A stretch of 63,980 bases of DNA, the filler included, from Vicugna vicugna (taxonomy: Eukaryota), in assembly GCA_013265495.1 (NCBI GenBank). It is 82 parts of 79 records of this genome, joined end to end, with 100 filler letters (N's around TTAATTAATTAA, not from the genome) between each part and the next. Parts side by side here need not be neighbours in the genome. Positions count along the whole stretch, not along the records: positions 24,047 to 24,742 come from PNXW01007053.1; positions 24,843 to 25,708 come from MU058972.1; positions 25,809 to 26,686 come from MU058975.1; positions 26,787 to 27,222 come from PNXW01007068.1; positions 27,323 to 27,885 come from PNXW01007069.1; positions 27,986 to 28,803 come from PNXW01007070.1; positions 28,904 to 29,373 come from PNXW01007072.1; positions 29,474 to 30,044 come from PNXW01007073.1; 74 more parts are not named here. One strand, 5' to 3'. The notes under the pieces were generated by a model. It saw nothing but the letters and a program-made list of their open reading frames with translations, did no database searches and was not told the origin of the DNA. Every line of letters starts with the position of its first letter. Position 1 is the first letter of the stretch. Of this stretch, positions 24,047 through 36,627 are shown in pieces. The translations under genes were made by a program, and so were the position numbers.

Positions 24047-24742
24047 CCAGATGACCTCAACTCAGGAATGTCTATTTGTCGAATCCGTCATCTATGTAGC
24101 ATACACGGAATATCATGTAGATGGAATTGATTCATATTACATATCTCTAGGGAAGAATTCGCTCCAAGAGGGTTTTTTGAGATCAATGTGTGATTCTAGA
24201 AACTGGTGATAGGAAGAAGCTACGAAGTCAATGTAAATATTTCAGAGTGCATAGGTAACTTGTTTGGTGGTTGAAACATCAGTCATGCGTATGTTCACAA
24301 CTCAGAAATGCATGTCTGAAGAATCCGTGATGCATGAAACATGTTTGAAATACGAAATCCCATGGTTATGTAAACAATGTAAATTACAAGTATATTTGTG
24401 AGAATTCGTTCAAAGAGTGTTTTCTGGTGCCAAATGTCCGATTTTAGAACCTGGTGATAGAAAAATCTATGAAGTTAGAGTAAATATTTCTAACTGTATA
24501 TACGCCTTGTTTGGTGGATGAAAGGTCAGTAATCCACATGCTCACAAATCAGAAACGCATGATTGACGAATCCGTCATATATGTAGCATGCACGGATAAA
24601 GGAATATCATGTAGATGGAATCTATTCAAATTACATATCTCTAGGGCAGAATTCCCTCCAAGAGTGTTTTTCTGGGATCTAAGTGTGATTATATAATACT
24701 GGTGATAGGAAGAAGCTACGAAGTCAAATAAATATTTAAAAG
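24047..24742 (+). repeat. SAT-D satellite, b-c-b variant
   Basis: Monomer starts near 24108 (b), 24354 (c) and 24601 (b). Confidence 0.9.
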
Positions 24743-24842
24743 NNNNNNNNNNNNNNNNNNNNNNNNNNNNNNNNNNNNNNNNNNNNTTAATTAATTAANN
24801 NNNNNNNNNNNNNNNNNNNNNNNNNNNNNNNNNNNNNNNNNN

Positions 24843-25708
24843 CCGAACAGGGAACACCTGTGACAGAAGAGAGCTGCGTGGAGTATTATCTCGAACTCTC
24901 CAAAGCACTGACAATTGTTCCGGAATCCTGAGCGTGGGGAGGTTCCACCAACGGTCGGCTGCGTGTGGGTTCTGACGGAATGCCTAAGCTCGTATAACCT
25001 GAGGTTTTTACTAATTTCTCTGTGCCAGGGAATGCTAGGGGTGATTGCAGGATATCCCAGTGACCGAGGCTGCCTCCCCAAGGTCAGGGAAGGTATTTCT
25101 CGGACTTCCCCGAACAGGGAACACCTGTGACAGAAGAGAGCTGTGTGGAGTTTTCTCTCGGACTCNNNNNNNNNNNNNNNNNNNNNNNNNNNNNNNNNNN
25201 NNNNNNNNNNNNNNNNNNNNNNNNNNNNNNNNNNNNNNNNNNNNNNNNNNNNNNNNNNNNNNNNNNNNNNNNNNNNNNNNNNNNNNNNNNNNNNNNNNNN
25301 NNNNNNNNNNNNNNNNNNNNNNNNNNNNNNNNNNNNNNNNNNNNNNNNNNNNNNNNNNNNNNNNNNNNNNNNNNNNNNNNNNNNNNNNNNNNNNNNNNNN
25401 NNNNNNNNNNNNNNNNNNNNNNNNNNNNNNNNNNNNNNNNNNNNNNNNNNNNNNNNNNNNNNNNNNNNNNNNNNNNNNNNNNNNNNNNNNNNNNNNNNNN
25501 NNNNNNNNNNNNNNNNNNNNNNNNNNNNNNNNNNNNNNNNNNNNNNNNNNNNNNNNNNNNNNNNNNNNNNNNNNNNNNNNNNNNNNNNNNNNNNNNNNNN
25601 NNNNNNNNNNNNNNNNNNNNNNNNNTCCCCGAACACACTGTGACTAAATAGAGCTGCGTGGATTTACCTCTCGAGCTCCCCCACGCACTGACAATGGTTC
25701 CGGAATCC
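24843..25708 (+). repeat. SAT-A satellite (gapped)
   Basis: SAT-A unit sequence. Confidence 0.94.
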
Positions 25709-25808
25709 NNNNNNNNNNNNNNNNNNNNNNNNNNNNNNNNNNNNNNNNNNNNTTAATTAATTAANNNNNNNNNNNNNNNNNNNNNNNNNNNNNNNNNNNN
25801 NNNNNNNN

Positions 25809-26686
25809 TTGCAGGATATCCCAGTGACCGAGGCTGCTTTCCAAAGTTTTGGGAAGGTATTTCCCGTACTAACCCAAACAGGGAACACCTGTAACTGAAG
25901 AGAGCTGCGTTGAGTTTTCCCTCGAGCTCCCCCACACTCTGACCATGATTCCGGAATCCTGAGCGTGGTGAGGTTCCACCAAAGGTCGTCAGCGCGTGGG
26001 TTCTAACGGAATGCCTAAGCTCGTCTCCCCTGAGGGTTTTCCTAATATCTCTGTGCCTTGGAATGCTAGGGTTGTTTGCAGGATATCCCAGTGCCCGATT
26101 CTGCCTCCCCAAGTTCAGGGAAGATATTTCCCGGACTTCCCCGAACAGGGAACACCTGTGACTGAAGAGAGGTGCGTGGAGTTGTCTCTCGAGCTCCCCC
26201 ACGCTCTGACAATGGTTCCGGAATCCTGAGCGTGGGAAGGATCCACCAACGGTCGGCAGCGCGTGGGTACTAANNNNNNNNNNNNNNNNNNNNNNNNNNN
26301 NNNNNNNNNNNNNNNNNNNNNNNNNNNNNNNNNNNNNNNNNNNNNNNNNNNNNNNNNNNNNNNNNNNNNNNNNNNNNNNNNNNNNNNNNNNNNNNNNNNN
26401 NNNNNNNNNNNNNNNNNNNNNNNNNNNNNNNNNNNNNNNNNNNNNNNNNNNNNNNNNNNNNNNNNNNNNNNNNNNNNNNNNNNNNNNNNNNNNNNNNNNN
26501 NNNNNNNNNNNNNNNNNNNNNNNNNNNNNNNNNNNNNNNNNNNNNNNNNNNNNNNNNNNNNNNNNNNNNNNNNNNNNNNNNNNNGGGGTGTTTGTATCCC
26601 AGTGACCGAGGCTGCCTCCCCAAGTCTAGGGAAGCTATTTCCCGGACTTCACCCGAACAGGGAACACCTGTGACTGAAGAGAGCTG
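25809..26686 (+). repeat. SAT-A satellite (gapped)
   Basis: SAT-A unit sequence. Confidence 0.94.
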
Positions 26687-27008
26687 NNNNNNNNNNNNNN
26701 NNNNNNNNNNNNNNNNNNNNNNNNNNNNNNTTAATTAATTAANNNNNNNNNNNNNNNNNNNNNNNNNNNNNNNNNNNNNNNNNNNNATTTGAAAAGAAGG
26801 GTTATAGAGAAATTCAAGAAAAACCTCTTCAGCCAGCAGATAAAACCTTGCAACTTGAAATCTGAAATTAAAAAGGTATGGTGCTCTACATACAGGAATT
26901 CTTTTTGGCTACCAAACAAAAACACATTGTTGGAATTAATTTGTCTGCCTCCTGAGCTTTCATCATCTACTTAAGCTCTGCCCACTATGAAAGGGCATTG
27001 TCCATTGT

Positions 27009-27222
27009 TGTCTTAGTCCATTTGGGCTGCTATAGTAAAAATAATACCATAAGATGATGTGTTTATAAACAGCAGAAATTTATTGCTCATGGTTCTGGAA
27101 GCTGGAAGCCCAAGATCAGGGTGCCGGCATGGTCAGATCTGGCATGGACCCGCTTCCGGGCTGCAGACTGCTGACTACTTGCTGTGTCCTTACATGGGAG
27201 AGGAGGCAAGGGAGCTCTCCCA
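27009..27222 (-). mobile_element. MaLR LTR (MLT1A/MST-like) fragment
   Basis: tgtcttagtccatttgggctgctata...agaaatttattgctcatggttctggaagctggaagcccaagatcagggtgccggcatggtc. Confidence 0.85.
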
Positions 27223-27322
27223 NNNNNNNNNNNNNNNNNNNNNNNNNNNNNNNNNNNNNNNNNNNNTTAATTAATTAANNNNNNNNNNNNNNNNNNNNNN
27301 NNNNNNNNNNNNNNNNNNNNNN

Positions 27323-27447
27323 GATGACTGGCTAAAGAAGTGATATATTTATACAATGGAATACTCCTTGGCCATAAACATTGAAAATATAGGGCCACTT
27401 GCAACAACATGGATGCTCCTGGAGAATGTTATTCTAAGTTAAGTAAG
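27323..27447 (+). mobile_element. L1 ORF2 end fragment
   Basis: gatgactggctaaagaag...acatggatgctcctggagaatgttattctaag is the same L1 family as 32320-32450. Confidence 0.8.
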
Positions 27448-27684
27448 CATGGTAACAAGGAATAAAGAGAAGTTACCTCCAGGTACAGTTATTTTGATTA
27501 AAATATCCATACAGAAAGCAAGTCATCCCCACGACTGCTGCCAGGAGGAGCATCTGAGTGTAATAGCCCAGCCAAGCAAAGTAGATTCCAACCTTCCCTC
27601 CGAAGAATTTCCTGCAGAAAGACAGAAGGTAGTTTCAGAAGACACACATAATCTTTCAGTAACTTCATCCTCATGTTAATTTCT

Positions 27685-27810
27685 CTTTTTTTTTGTGGAG
27701 GGGGCATAATTAGGTTTATTTATTTGTTTTTAAATGGAGGCATTGGGGATTGAACCCGGTACCTTATGCATGCAAGTCATGCACTCTAACACTGAGCAAT
27801 ACCCTCCCTC
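27685..27810 (-). mobile_element. Camelid tRNA-derived SINE (Vic-1-like), full length with target-site duplication
   Basis: Reverse complement GGGAGGGTATTGCTCAGTGTTAGAG (A box)...GGGTTCAATCCCC (B box)...poly(A). Flanks are cctcatgttaatttct (27669-27684) and catcatattaatttct (27811-27826). Confidence 0.88.
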
Positions 27811-27985
27811 CATCATATTAATTTCTGATTCTAAATCAACGGGGCTTTAAGTTTAAACCTCTGACTCAATTCACACTTAAAACATNNNNNNNNNNNNNNN
27901 NNNNNNNNNNNNNNNNNNNNNNNNNNNNNTTAATTAATTAANNNNNNNNNNNNNNNNNNNNNNNNNNNNNNNNNNNNNNNNNNNN

Positions 27986-28803
27986 TTTTCATTCAAGACT
28001 CTGAATATATCTTGCCACTACCTTATGTCCAGTAGTATTTGTGAAGTGAAATCAGCTGGGAGCCTTATGTGGATTCCCTTGTAACTCACTCTTTGCTATT
28101 CTCTTGCTTCCTTTAGGATCATTTCTTTATCATTGACTCTTGCCATCTTAATTATATGTCTTGGTGATGGTGTACTTGTTTTCTTCCTGTTTGGGGCCCT
28201 CTGAGCTTCCTGTACTTGGATATACCTGTACTTGGATATCTGATTCCTTCTTTAAGTTTGGGAAGTTCTCAGTCATGAAGTCTTCAAAAACCTTTGCAAT
28301 CCCCGTTGATCTTTCTTCCACTTCTGGAAATTCTATCATACCAAGCTTGGCATTCTTTCTATTATCCCATAGGTCCCTTATGTTTTTTTCATTTCTTTCT
28401 CATTGTTTCTCTTGTAGCTCTTCTGATTGGGTGTTTTCTATTGTACTGTCCTCTAAGTCACTAATTCATAACTCTGCATTATCTAGTCAGCTTTGCGATA
28501 CCTTTAGATCATTCCTCATGTCAGTGAATGAGTTTACCTATTCTTCTCGGCTCTTCTTTACAGCTTCCATTTCATTTTTAACATATTTTATATCTCTAAA
28601 CACTATGTTTTATTTCCTTCAGTAATTTGATCACTTCTTTTTTAAAATCTTGATCTATTAGGCTATTGATGTCAATTTCACTGATCATTCTTTCAGGGGA
28701 TTTCTCTTGTTCTTTTAATTGGGAATGGTTTCTCTGTTTTTCATCTTACTCCTACCTTTCTGGCACTGTGGTTTGTGGAGTATCAGTTACCTACTGTGGA
28801 CCT
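27986..28803 (-). mobile_element. LINE-1 ORF1 fragment, degenerate
   Basis: Minus-strand IEFPEVEERSTGIAKVFEDFMTENFPNLKKESDIQVQ, an ORF1p RRM-region motif. Confidence 0.92.
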
Positions 28804-28903
28804 NNNNNNNNNNNNNNNNNNNNNNNNNNNNNNNNNNNNNNNNNNNNTTAATTAATTAANNNNNNNNNNNNNNNNNNNNNNNNNNNNNNNNNNNNNNNNN
28901 NNN

Positions 28904-29373
28904 TCCGGAATCCTGAACGTGGGGAGGTTCCACCAACTGTCGGCAGCGAGTGGGTTCTAAGAGAATGCCTAAGCTCGTCTCCCCAGAGGGTTTTCCTAAT
29001 GTCTCTGTGCCAGGGAATGCTAGGGGTGATTGCAGGATATCCCAGTGAACGAGGCTGCCTCCCCAAGGTCAGGGAAGTTATTTCCATTCCCCGAACAGGG
29101 AACACGTGTGACTGTAGAGAGCTGCGTGGAGTTGTCTCTCGAGATCCCCCACGCACTGACAATGGTTCCGGAATCCTGAGCGTGGGGAGATTCCACCAAC
29201 AGATGGCAGCGCGTGGGTTCTAACGGAATGCCTAAGCTCGTCTCCCCTGAGGGTTTTCCTAATGTCTCTGTGCCAGGGAATGCAAGGGGTGATTGCAGGA
29301 TATCCCAGACGGAGGCTGCCTCCCCAAAGTCAGGGAAGGTATTTCCCGGTCTTCCTGGAACAGGGAACACCTG
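28904..29373 (+). repeat. SAT-A satellite
   Basis: SAT-A unit sequence. Confidence 0.94.
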
Positions 29374-29473
29374 NNNNNNNNNNNNNNNNNNNNNNNNNNN
29401 NNNNNNNNNNNNNNNNNTTAATTAATTAANNNNNNNNNNNNNNNNNNNNNNNNNNNNNNNNNNNNNNNNNNNN

Positions 29474-29707
29474 AACAAAAGTTATTTTCTATTCTGCAAC
29501 TTGTTGTCTTTATATAACTGCAAAAGTGTTATTAACCTTAAAGATCAAAGCCTTGAAAATAGGCTCTCCTGTATATTTCAGGCTGAAGGCAACATTGTTT
29601 TACAAAAGGTGCAGAGCCAGTAGGACTAAGCCTAGAAAAGAGGGCACAGGGTTAAAGCCAAAAGAATATATCTTCTATGGAGACAGATTTTTTTCTTTTC
29701 TATTATA
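29474..29707 (-). mobile_element. ERV1-type LTR, 5' part (artiodactyl LTR-like)
   Basis: Reverse complement tataatagaaaagaaaaaatctgtctccata...ctttaaccctgtg...aatgttgcct...gcctgaaatataca resembles artiodactyl ERV1 LTR starts. Recognised by eye. Confidence 0.55.
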
Positions 29708-29744
29708 GTATATTCTATTTTAGTTTCAAGTTTATAATAATAAA

Positions 29745-30010
29745 GTTTAGCCTTTTCCCATGTTAAATTGTGCAATTTTCAGGAGCATTAAGTGCATTCA
29801 CAATGCTGTGAGACCAACACCACTGGTTTCAGACTATTTCCTTCCTCAAAGTAAAAGCTTGTATACAAAGCGCACCCCACATCCTACCTCCCCCAGCCCA
29901 TGTCAAGCCCTAATCCCCTTTCTCTCCCTATGTCTTTACCTATCTTGGAGGTTCCCTATCAATGAAATCATATAAAAGGTGGCTTTTTTTTTCTGTATAT
30001 GGCTTTTTTT
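29745..30010 (-). mobile_element. Old L1 (L1MB-like) 3' UTR fragment
   Basis: gcattaagtgcattcacaatgctgtg...ctaatcccctttctctccctatgtctttacctatcttggag...aatgaaatcatataa. Confidence 0.65.
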
Positions 30011-30144
30011 TTTCTGTCTGCCCACATATCTTAAGTAGGGACGGNNNNNNNNNNNNNNNNNNNNNNNNNNNNNNNNNNNNNNNNNNNNTTAATTAATTAA
30101 NNNNNNNNNNNNNNNNNNNNNNNNNNNNNNNNNNNNNNNNNNNN

Positions 30145-30913
30145 GGAATGCCATGTTGAGGGAATTCATGTAAATTACATAACTATAAGTTGGAAATCGC
30201 TCAAGAAGAATTTTTCTGTGAAATATGCACGAATTCGAACCTGGTGTTAGGGAAAGCGTGAGAAAATGTGTACACGTGTCTAGTTGAAAATATTGCTTTT
30301 ATAGAGGAGGTAAGATTAGTAACCCAGATTACCTCAACTCACGAATGTATATATGTCGAATCCGTCATATATGTAGCATGTACGGAACACGGAAAATCAT
30401 ATAGATGGAATCGATTCTAATTACATATCACTAGGGTAGAATTCACTCCAAGAGGATTTTTCTGGGATCAAAGTGTGATTCTTGAAACTGGTGATAGGCA
30501 GAAGCTACGAAGTAAAAATAAATAATTCACAGTGCATAGGTAACTTGTATGGTGGTTGAAACATCAGTCATGCGCATGTTCACAACTCAGAAATTCAAGT
30601 TTTCGGAAACCGTGATGCATGAAACATGCTCGTAATACGGAATCCCATGGTTATGTAAACAATGTAAATTACATGTGTATTTGTGAGAATTCGATCAAAG
30701 AGTGTTTTCTGGTTCCAGATGTCAGATTTTAGAACTTGGTGATAGAAAAATCTATGAAGTCAGAGTAAATAATTCTAAGTGTATATACGCATTGTTTGGT
30801 GGATGAAAGGTCAGTAATCCACATGCTAGTAATCCACAACAATTCAGTAATGCATGATTGCCGAATCAATCATGCATGTAGAATGAACGGAACCCGGAAT
30901 GCCATGTTGATGG
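30145..30913 (+). repeat. SAT-D: one complete a-b-c trimer
   Basis: Monomer starts at 30145, 30391, 30639 and 30896 (246, 248 and 257 bp; the last includes a ~10-bp duplication). Confidence 0.93.
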
Positions 30914-31707
30914 NNNNNNNNNNNNNNNNNNNNNNNNNNNNNNNNNNNNNNNNNNNNTTAATTAATTAANNNNNNNNNNNNNNNNNNNNNNNNNNNNNNN
31001 NNNNNNNNNNNNNACGAGCAGGTCAGAGGCCTGGGGGGCCGGTCGCGTCCGCACCCCGAGTCCCAGCTGGCGGGCTGGGCTGTGGCGAGCCAGGCAGGGC
31101 CCTGCCGCCCGAGTCGAAGCCCATGCCCTCTGGCTGTGTCTCTTCCCTCCCCGGTGGCCGTCTGAGCTGAAGGAGGCCCCAGTCTGATCTGCCAGCAGAG
31201 GGCCGAGCGGGCAGAAGCAGGTGTGGTCCTGGCCGGGCAGGGTTCTGAGGCCTCCGGGCCGGGCCGGCTGCCGGTCACTGTCATTGCAGAGCCGGACACT
31301 GCAGGAGCCGCTGGGTGACGACACCCACGCCGCCTCCCCGACTGAGAGGCCGGTGCACGCTTCTCAGGGCCAGCACCAGCTCCGGGTGAGTGTGCACACG
31401 GAGGGGTCCCCGCCAAGGGTCCCCGCCACCACGACGGCCTCCTCCTCAGAAACCACCCAGGCGTTACGCCAGGGTCCCACCTGCGGGTGACAGGCAGCTC
31501 AGCAGATCCGGCTCTGCCCTGGAGCACCTCCCTGGGAGTCAGGTGGAGAACCAGGAGCCCACCGAGGCAGAGCGTGAAGGTGAGAAGGGCGGGGCTGGTG
31601 CATGTGCNNNNNNNNNNNNNNNNNNNNNNNNNNNNNNNNNNNNNNNNNNNNTTAATTAATTAANNNNNNNNNNNNNNNNNNNNNNNNNNNNNNNNNNNNN
31701 NNNNNNN

Positions 31708-32635
31708 AAGCAAATGGGACCTAATGAAACTTACAAGCTTCTGCACAGCAAAAATCATAAGGAAAATGAAACGACAAACTACAGAACGGGAGAAAATTTT
31801 TGCAAATGAAACCAACAAAGGCTTGATCTCCAGAATATAGAAGCAACTCATATGAATTAATAAGAAAAAAACAAGCACTCCAATCCAAAACTTGGCAAAA
31901 GACCTAAGCAAGCAATTCTCTGAGGAAGACATATAAATGATCAATGATCATGAAAAAATGCTCAATATCACTAATTATCAGAGAAATGTGAATCAAAATT
32001 ACAATCAGATATCACCTCACATCATGCAGAATGGCCATCATTCAAACGTCCACAAATGACAAATGCTAGAGAGGCTGTAGAGAAAAGGGAACCCTCCTAC
32101 ACTGGTTGTGGGAATGCAGATTGGTGTAACCACTGTGGAAAACAGTATGTAGAATCATCAAAAGACTAGGAATAGACTTACAGTATGAACCAGGAATCCC
32201 GCTCCTGGGCATATATCCAGAAGGAAACCTACTTCAGAATTACACCTGCACCCCAATGTTCATAACAGCATTATCTGCAAAAGCCAAGACTTGGAAAAGG
32301 CCAAAATGTCCATCAACAGATGACTGGATGAAGAACTTGTATATTTATCCAAAAGAATACTACTCAGTCTTAAAAACCGACAACATAATGCCATTTCCAG
32401 CATCATGGATGCTCCTGGAGAATGTCATTCTAAGTGAAGTAAGCCAGAAAGAGAAGTAAAAATACCATATGAGATCAAAAAATACCATATCGCTCATATG
32501 TGGAATCTAAACAAACAAACAACCAAACACATAAAGCATAAATAAAAAATAGAAATACCTCACAGACATAGAATAAAAACTTGTGGTTCACAAGGGGGTG
32601 GGGGGTGGGAAAACATAGACTGGGATTTCAGAATT
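31708..32635 (+). mobile_element. LINE-1 ORF2 3' end and start of the 3' UTR
   Basis: caaatgggacctaatgaaacttacaagc...MFITALSAKAKTWKRPKCPSTDDWMK...ILSEVSQKEK, followed by a G-rich UTR tract. Confidence 0.95.
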
Positions 32636-32735
32636 NNNNNNNNNNNNNNNNNNNNNNNNNNNNNNNNNNNNNNNNNNNNTTAATTAATTAANNNNNNNNN
32701 NNNNNNNNNNNNNNNNNNNNNNNNNNNNNNNNNNN

Positions 32736-34144
32736 TGATTTTCCATGTTCAGTAAATCCTACATGCATGACGAATTCGACGAAAATACATTCCTATGTTG
32801 AGAGCATGTGGATTACTGATCTTTCATCCTCTATATAAGGAATAGTTACATCTAGACACGTATTCTCATTTTCACAAGCTTTCCCTAACACCGGTTTCGA
32901 ATTCGTGCATTTTTCATAGAAAAATACTTCTGGAGCGATTTCCACCAACAGATATCTAATTTACATGAATTCCATCAACATGGCATTCCTGGTTCCGTAC
33001 ATGCTACATGCATGACGGATTNNNNNNNNNNNNNNNNNNNNNNNNNNNNNNNNNNNNNNNNNNNNNNNNNNNNNNNNNNNNNNNNNNNNNNNNNNNNNNN
33101 NNNNNNNNNNNNNNNNNNNNNNNNNNNNNNNNNNNNNNNNNNNNNNNNNNNNNNNNNNNNNNNNNNNNNNNNNNNNNNNNNNNNNNNNNNNNNNNNNNNN
33201 NNNNNNNNNNNNNNNNNNNNNNNNNNNNNNNNNNNNNNNNNNNNNNNNNNNNNNNNNNNNNNNNNNNNNNNNNNNNNNNNNNNNNNNNNNNNNNNNNNNN
33301 NNNNNNNNNNNNNNNNNNNNNNNNNNNNNNNNNNNNTACATATGCAAAATATTTACTTTGACTTCATTGCTTCTCCCTGTCACCAGTGTCAAGAATCAAA
33401 CTTTGATCCCAGAAAAACCCTCTTGGTGCGAATTCCACCCTAGAGATAATTAATTTGATTTGATTCAATTTACATGATATTCCGCGTTCCGAACATGTTG
33501 CATGCATGACCGATTCGACAAATATGCATTCCTGAGTTGAGACCATGTGGATTACTGATCTTTCATCCTCTATAAAAGGAATATTTTTATCTAGACACGT
33601 GTACACATTTTCACTAGTTTTCCCTAACACCAGTTTCGAATTCGTGCATTTTTCACTGAATAAAATTTCTGGAGCCATTTCAACCTAATAGATATGTAAT
33701 TTACATGAATTCAATCAACATGGCATTCCGGGTTCCGCACATGCTACATGCATGANNNNNNNNNNNNNNNNNNNNNNNNNNNNNNNNNNNNNNNNNNNNN
33801 NNNNNNNNNNNNNNNNNNNNNNNNNNNNNNNNNNNNNNNNNNNNNNNNNNNNNNNNNNNNNNNNNNNNNNNNNNNNNNNNNNNNNNNNNNNNNNNNNNNN
33901 NNNNNNNNNNNNNNNNNNNNNNNNNNNNNNNNNNNNNNNNNNNNNNNNNNNNNNNNNNNNNNNNNNNNNNNNNNNNNNNNNNNNNNNNNNNNNNNNNNNN
34001 NNNNNNNNNNNNNNNNNTCATTTTTGAAACACAATTTAATTATGCACTTTGAAATATTTATTGACTTCATAGCTTCTCACTGTCACCTGTTTCACGAATC
34101 CCACTTTGTTCCCGGAAAAAAACTCTTGCAGCGAATTCGATTCG
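32736..34144 (-). repeat. SAT-D satellite (gapped)
   Basis: Monomer-a starts about 740 bp apart (near 32990 and 33730, across an N gap). Confidence 0.9.
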
Positions 34145-34244
34145 NNNNNNNNNNNNNNNNNNNNNNNNNNNNNNNNNNNNNNNNNNNNTTAATTAATTAA
34201 NNNNNNNNNNNNNNNNNNNNNNNNNNNNNNNNNNNNNNNNNNNN

Positions 34245-35425
34245 GGACACTGTTTCCCTCCTCCAGCACACACAAGACATCTGGTTCAGGTGTCTTGAGT
34301 GTGTTGAGGTTCTTCCAAGTAACAGCAGCGCCTCGGTTCTAATACAATACCTTAACTTGTCTTCCATGATGGCTTGCCAAGGCCGGTGTGTGGGNNNNNN
34401 NNNNNNNNNNNNNNNNNNNNNNNNNNNNNNNNNNNNNNNNNNNNNNNNNNNNNNNNNNNNNNNNNNNNNNNNNNNNNNNNNNNNNNNNNNNNNNNNNNNN
34501 NNNNNNNNNNNNNNNNNNNNNNNNNNNNNNNNNNNNNNNNNNNNNNNNNNNNNNNNNNNNNNNNNNNNNNNNNNNNNNNNNNNNNNNNNNNNNNNNNNNN
34601 NNNNNNNNNNNNNNNNNNNNNNNNNNNNNNNNNNNNNNNNNNNNNNNNNNNNNNNNNNNNNNNNNNNNNNNNNNNNNNNNNNNNNNNNNNNNNNNNNNNN
34701 NNNNNNNNNNNNNNNNNNNNNNNNNNNNNNNNNNNNNNNNNNNNNNNNNNNNNNNNNNNNNNNNNNNNNNNNNNNNNNNNNNNNNNNNNNNNNNNNNNNN
34801 NNNNNNNNNNNNNNNNNNNNNNNNNNNNNNNNNNNNNNNNNNNNNNNNNNNNNNNNNNNNNNNNNNNNNNNNNNNNNNNNNNNNNNNNNNNNNNNNNNNN
34901 NNNNNNNNNNNGAGAGGGAAATCTGGGAGTTTGCCTTGGAGGCCAAGTAGCAGAAACTACCTCCCTATGGAATGTGGAAGTATTTAGAGGACTTCCCCCT
35001 AATGGGGAACATTTGTGACCCCATTCATCTACTTGGATTGTGGCTCCACATCTCCCCNNNNNNNNNNNNNNNNNNNNNNNNNNNNNNNNNNNNNNNNNNN
35101 NNNNNNNNNNNNNNNNNNNNNNNNNNNNNNNNNNNNNNNNNNNNNNNNNNNNNNNNNNNNNNNNNNNNNNNNNNNNNNNNNNNNNNNNNNNNNNNNNNNN
35201 NNNNNNNNNNNNCAATGCATCTACATGGGAATTTGAGAAATTTTACCTACACCCAGCAACGTGGGAATACATGTGCCACCTGAAAGATGCCTTGACCCTG
35301 TTTCCCCACCAGCAGCACACAAACGAGGAAGTGTTCTTCTATCCTGAATCGTGGGAGTTCGCTCCAAATGTCAGCAGCAACTGGGGTCTAATAGAATCCG
35401 TTACCTTTAACTCCTTGTGTGTTTA
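34245..35425 (+). repeat. SAT-C satellite (gapped)
   Basis: 34912-35057 closely matches the reverse complement of 57395-57540. Confidence 0.86.
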
Positions 35426-35525
35426 NNNNNNNNNNNNNNNNNNNNNNNNNNNNNNNNNNNNNNNNNNNNTTAATTAATTAANNNNNNNNNNNNNNNNNNN
35501 NNNNNNNNNNNNNNNNNNNNNNNNN

Positions 35526-36627
35526 TCACAACTCAGAAACGCATGTTTGAGGAATCCGTGATGAATGAAAAATGTCCGTAATACGGAATGCCATGGTTAT
35601 GTTAACAATGCAAATTACATGTGTATTGGTGAGATTTCACTCAAAGAGTGTTTTCTGTTGCCAAATGTCCGATTTTAGAACCTGGTGAAAGGAAAAACCT
35701 ATGAAGTCAGAGTAAATATATCTAAGTTTATATTTGCCTTGTTCAGAGGATGAAAGGTCAGTAATCCACATGCTCACAAGTCAGAAATGCATGATTGCCA
35801 AATCCGTCATATATGTAGCATGTACGGAACCCGGAATGCNNNNNNNNNNNNNNNNNNNNNNNNNNNNNNNNNNNNNNNNNNNNNNNNNNNNNNNNNNNNN
35901 NNNNNNNNNNNNNNNNNNNNNNNNNNNNNNNNNNNNNNNNNNNNNNNNNNNNNNNNNNNNNNNNNNNNNNNNNNNNNNNNNNNNNNNNNNNNNNNNNNNN
36001 NNNNNNNNNNNNNNNNNNNNNNNNNNNNNNNNNNNNNNNNNNNNNNNNNNNNNNNNNNNNNNNNNNNNNNNNNNNNNNNNNNNNNNNNNNNNNNNNNNNN
36101 NNNNNNNNNNNNNNNNNNNNNNNNNNNNNNNNNNNNNNNNNNNNNNNNNNNNNNNNNNNNNNNNNNNNNNNNNNNNNNNNNNNNNNNNNNNNNNNNNNNN
36201 NNNNNNNNNNNNNNNNNNNNNNNNNNNNNNNNNNNNNNNNNNNNNNNNNNNNNNNNNNNNNNNNNNNNNNNNNNNNNNNNNNNNNNNNNNNNNNNNNNNN
36301 NNNNNNNNNNNNNNNNNNNAAACATGCTCGTAATACGGAATTCCATGGTTATGTAAAGAATGTAAATTACATGTGTATTGGTGAGAATTCGCTCAAAGAG
36401 TGTTTTCTGGTACCAAATGTCCGATTTTAGAACCTGGTGATAGGAAAAACCTATGAAGACAGAGTAAATATTTTTAAGTCTATATACGCCTTGTTTGGAG
36501 GGTGAAAGGTCAGGAATCCACATGCTCACAAGTCAGAAACGCATGATTGACGAATCTGTCATATATGTAGCATGCACGGATAAAGGAATATCATTTAGAT
36601 GGAATCTATTCAAATTACATATCTCTA
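35526..36627 (+). repeat. SAT-D satellite (gapped), includes a c-b junction
   Basis: SAT-D monomers. Confidence 0.9.

Noticed and set aside
28161..28625. 154-aa plus-strand ORF
   Set aside because: It is the antisense frame of L1 ORF1.
31014..31607. GC-rich scaffold with ORFs up to 189 aa on both strands
   Set aside because: No recognisable protein, and overlapping ORFs are expected from stop-codon scarcity at this GC content.
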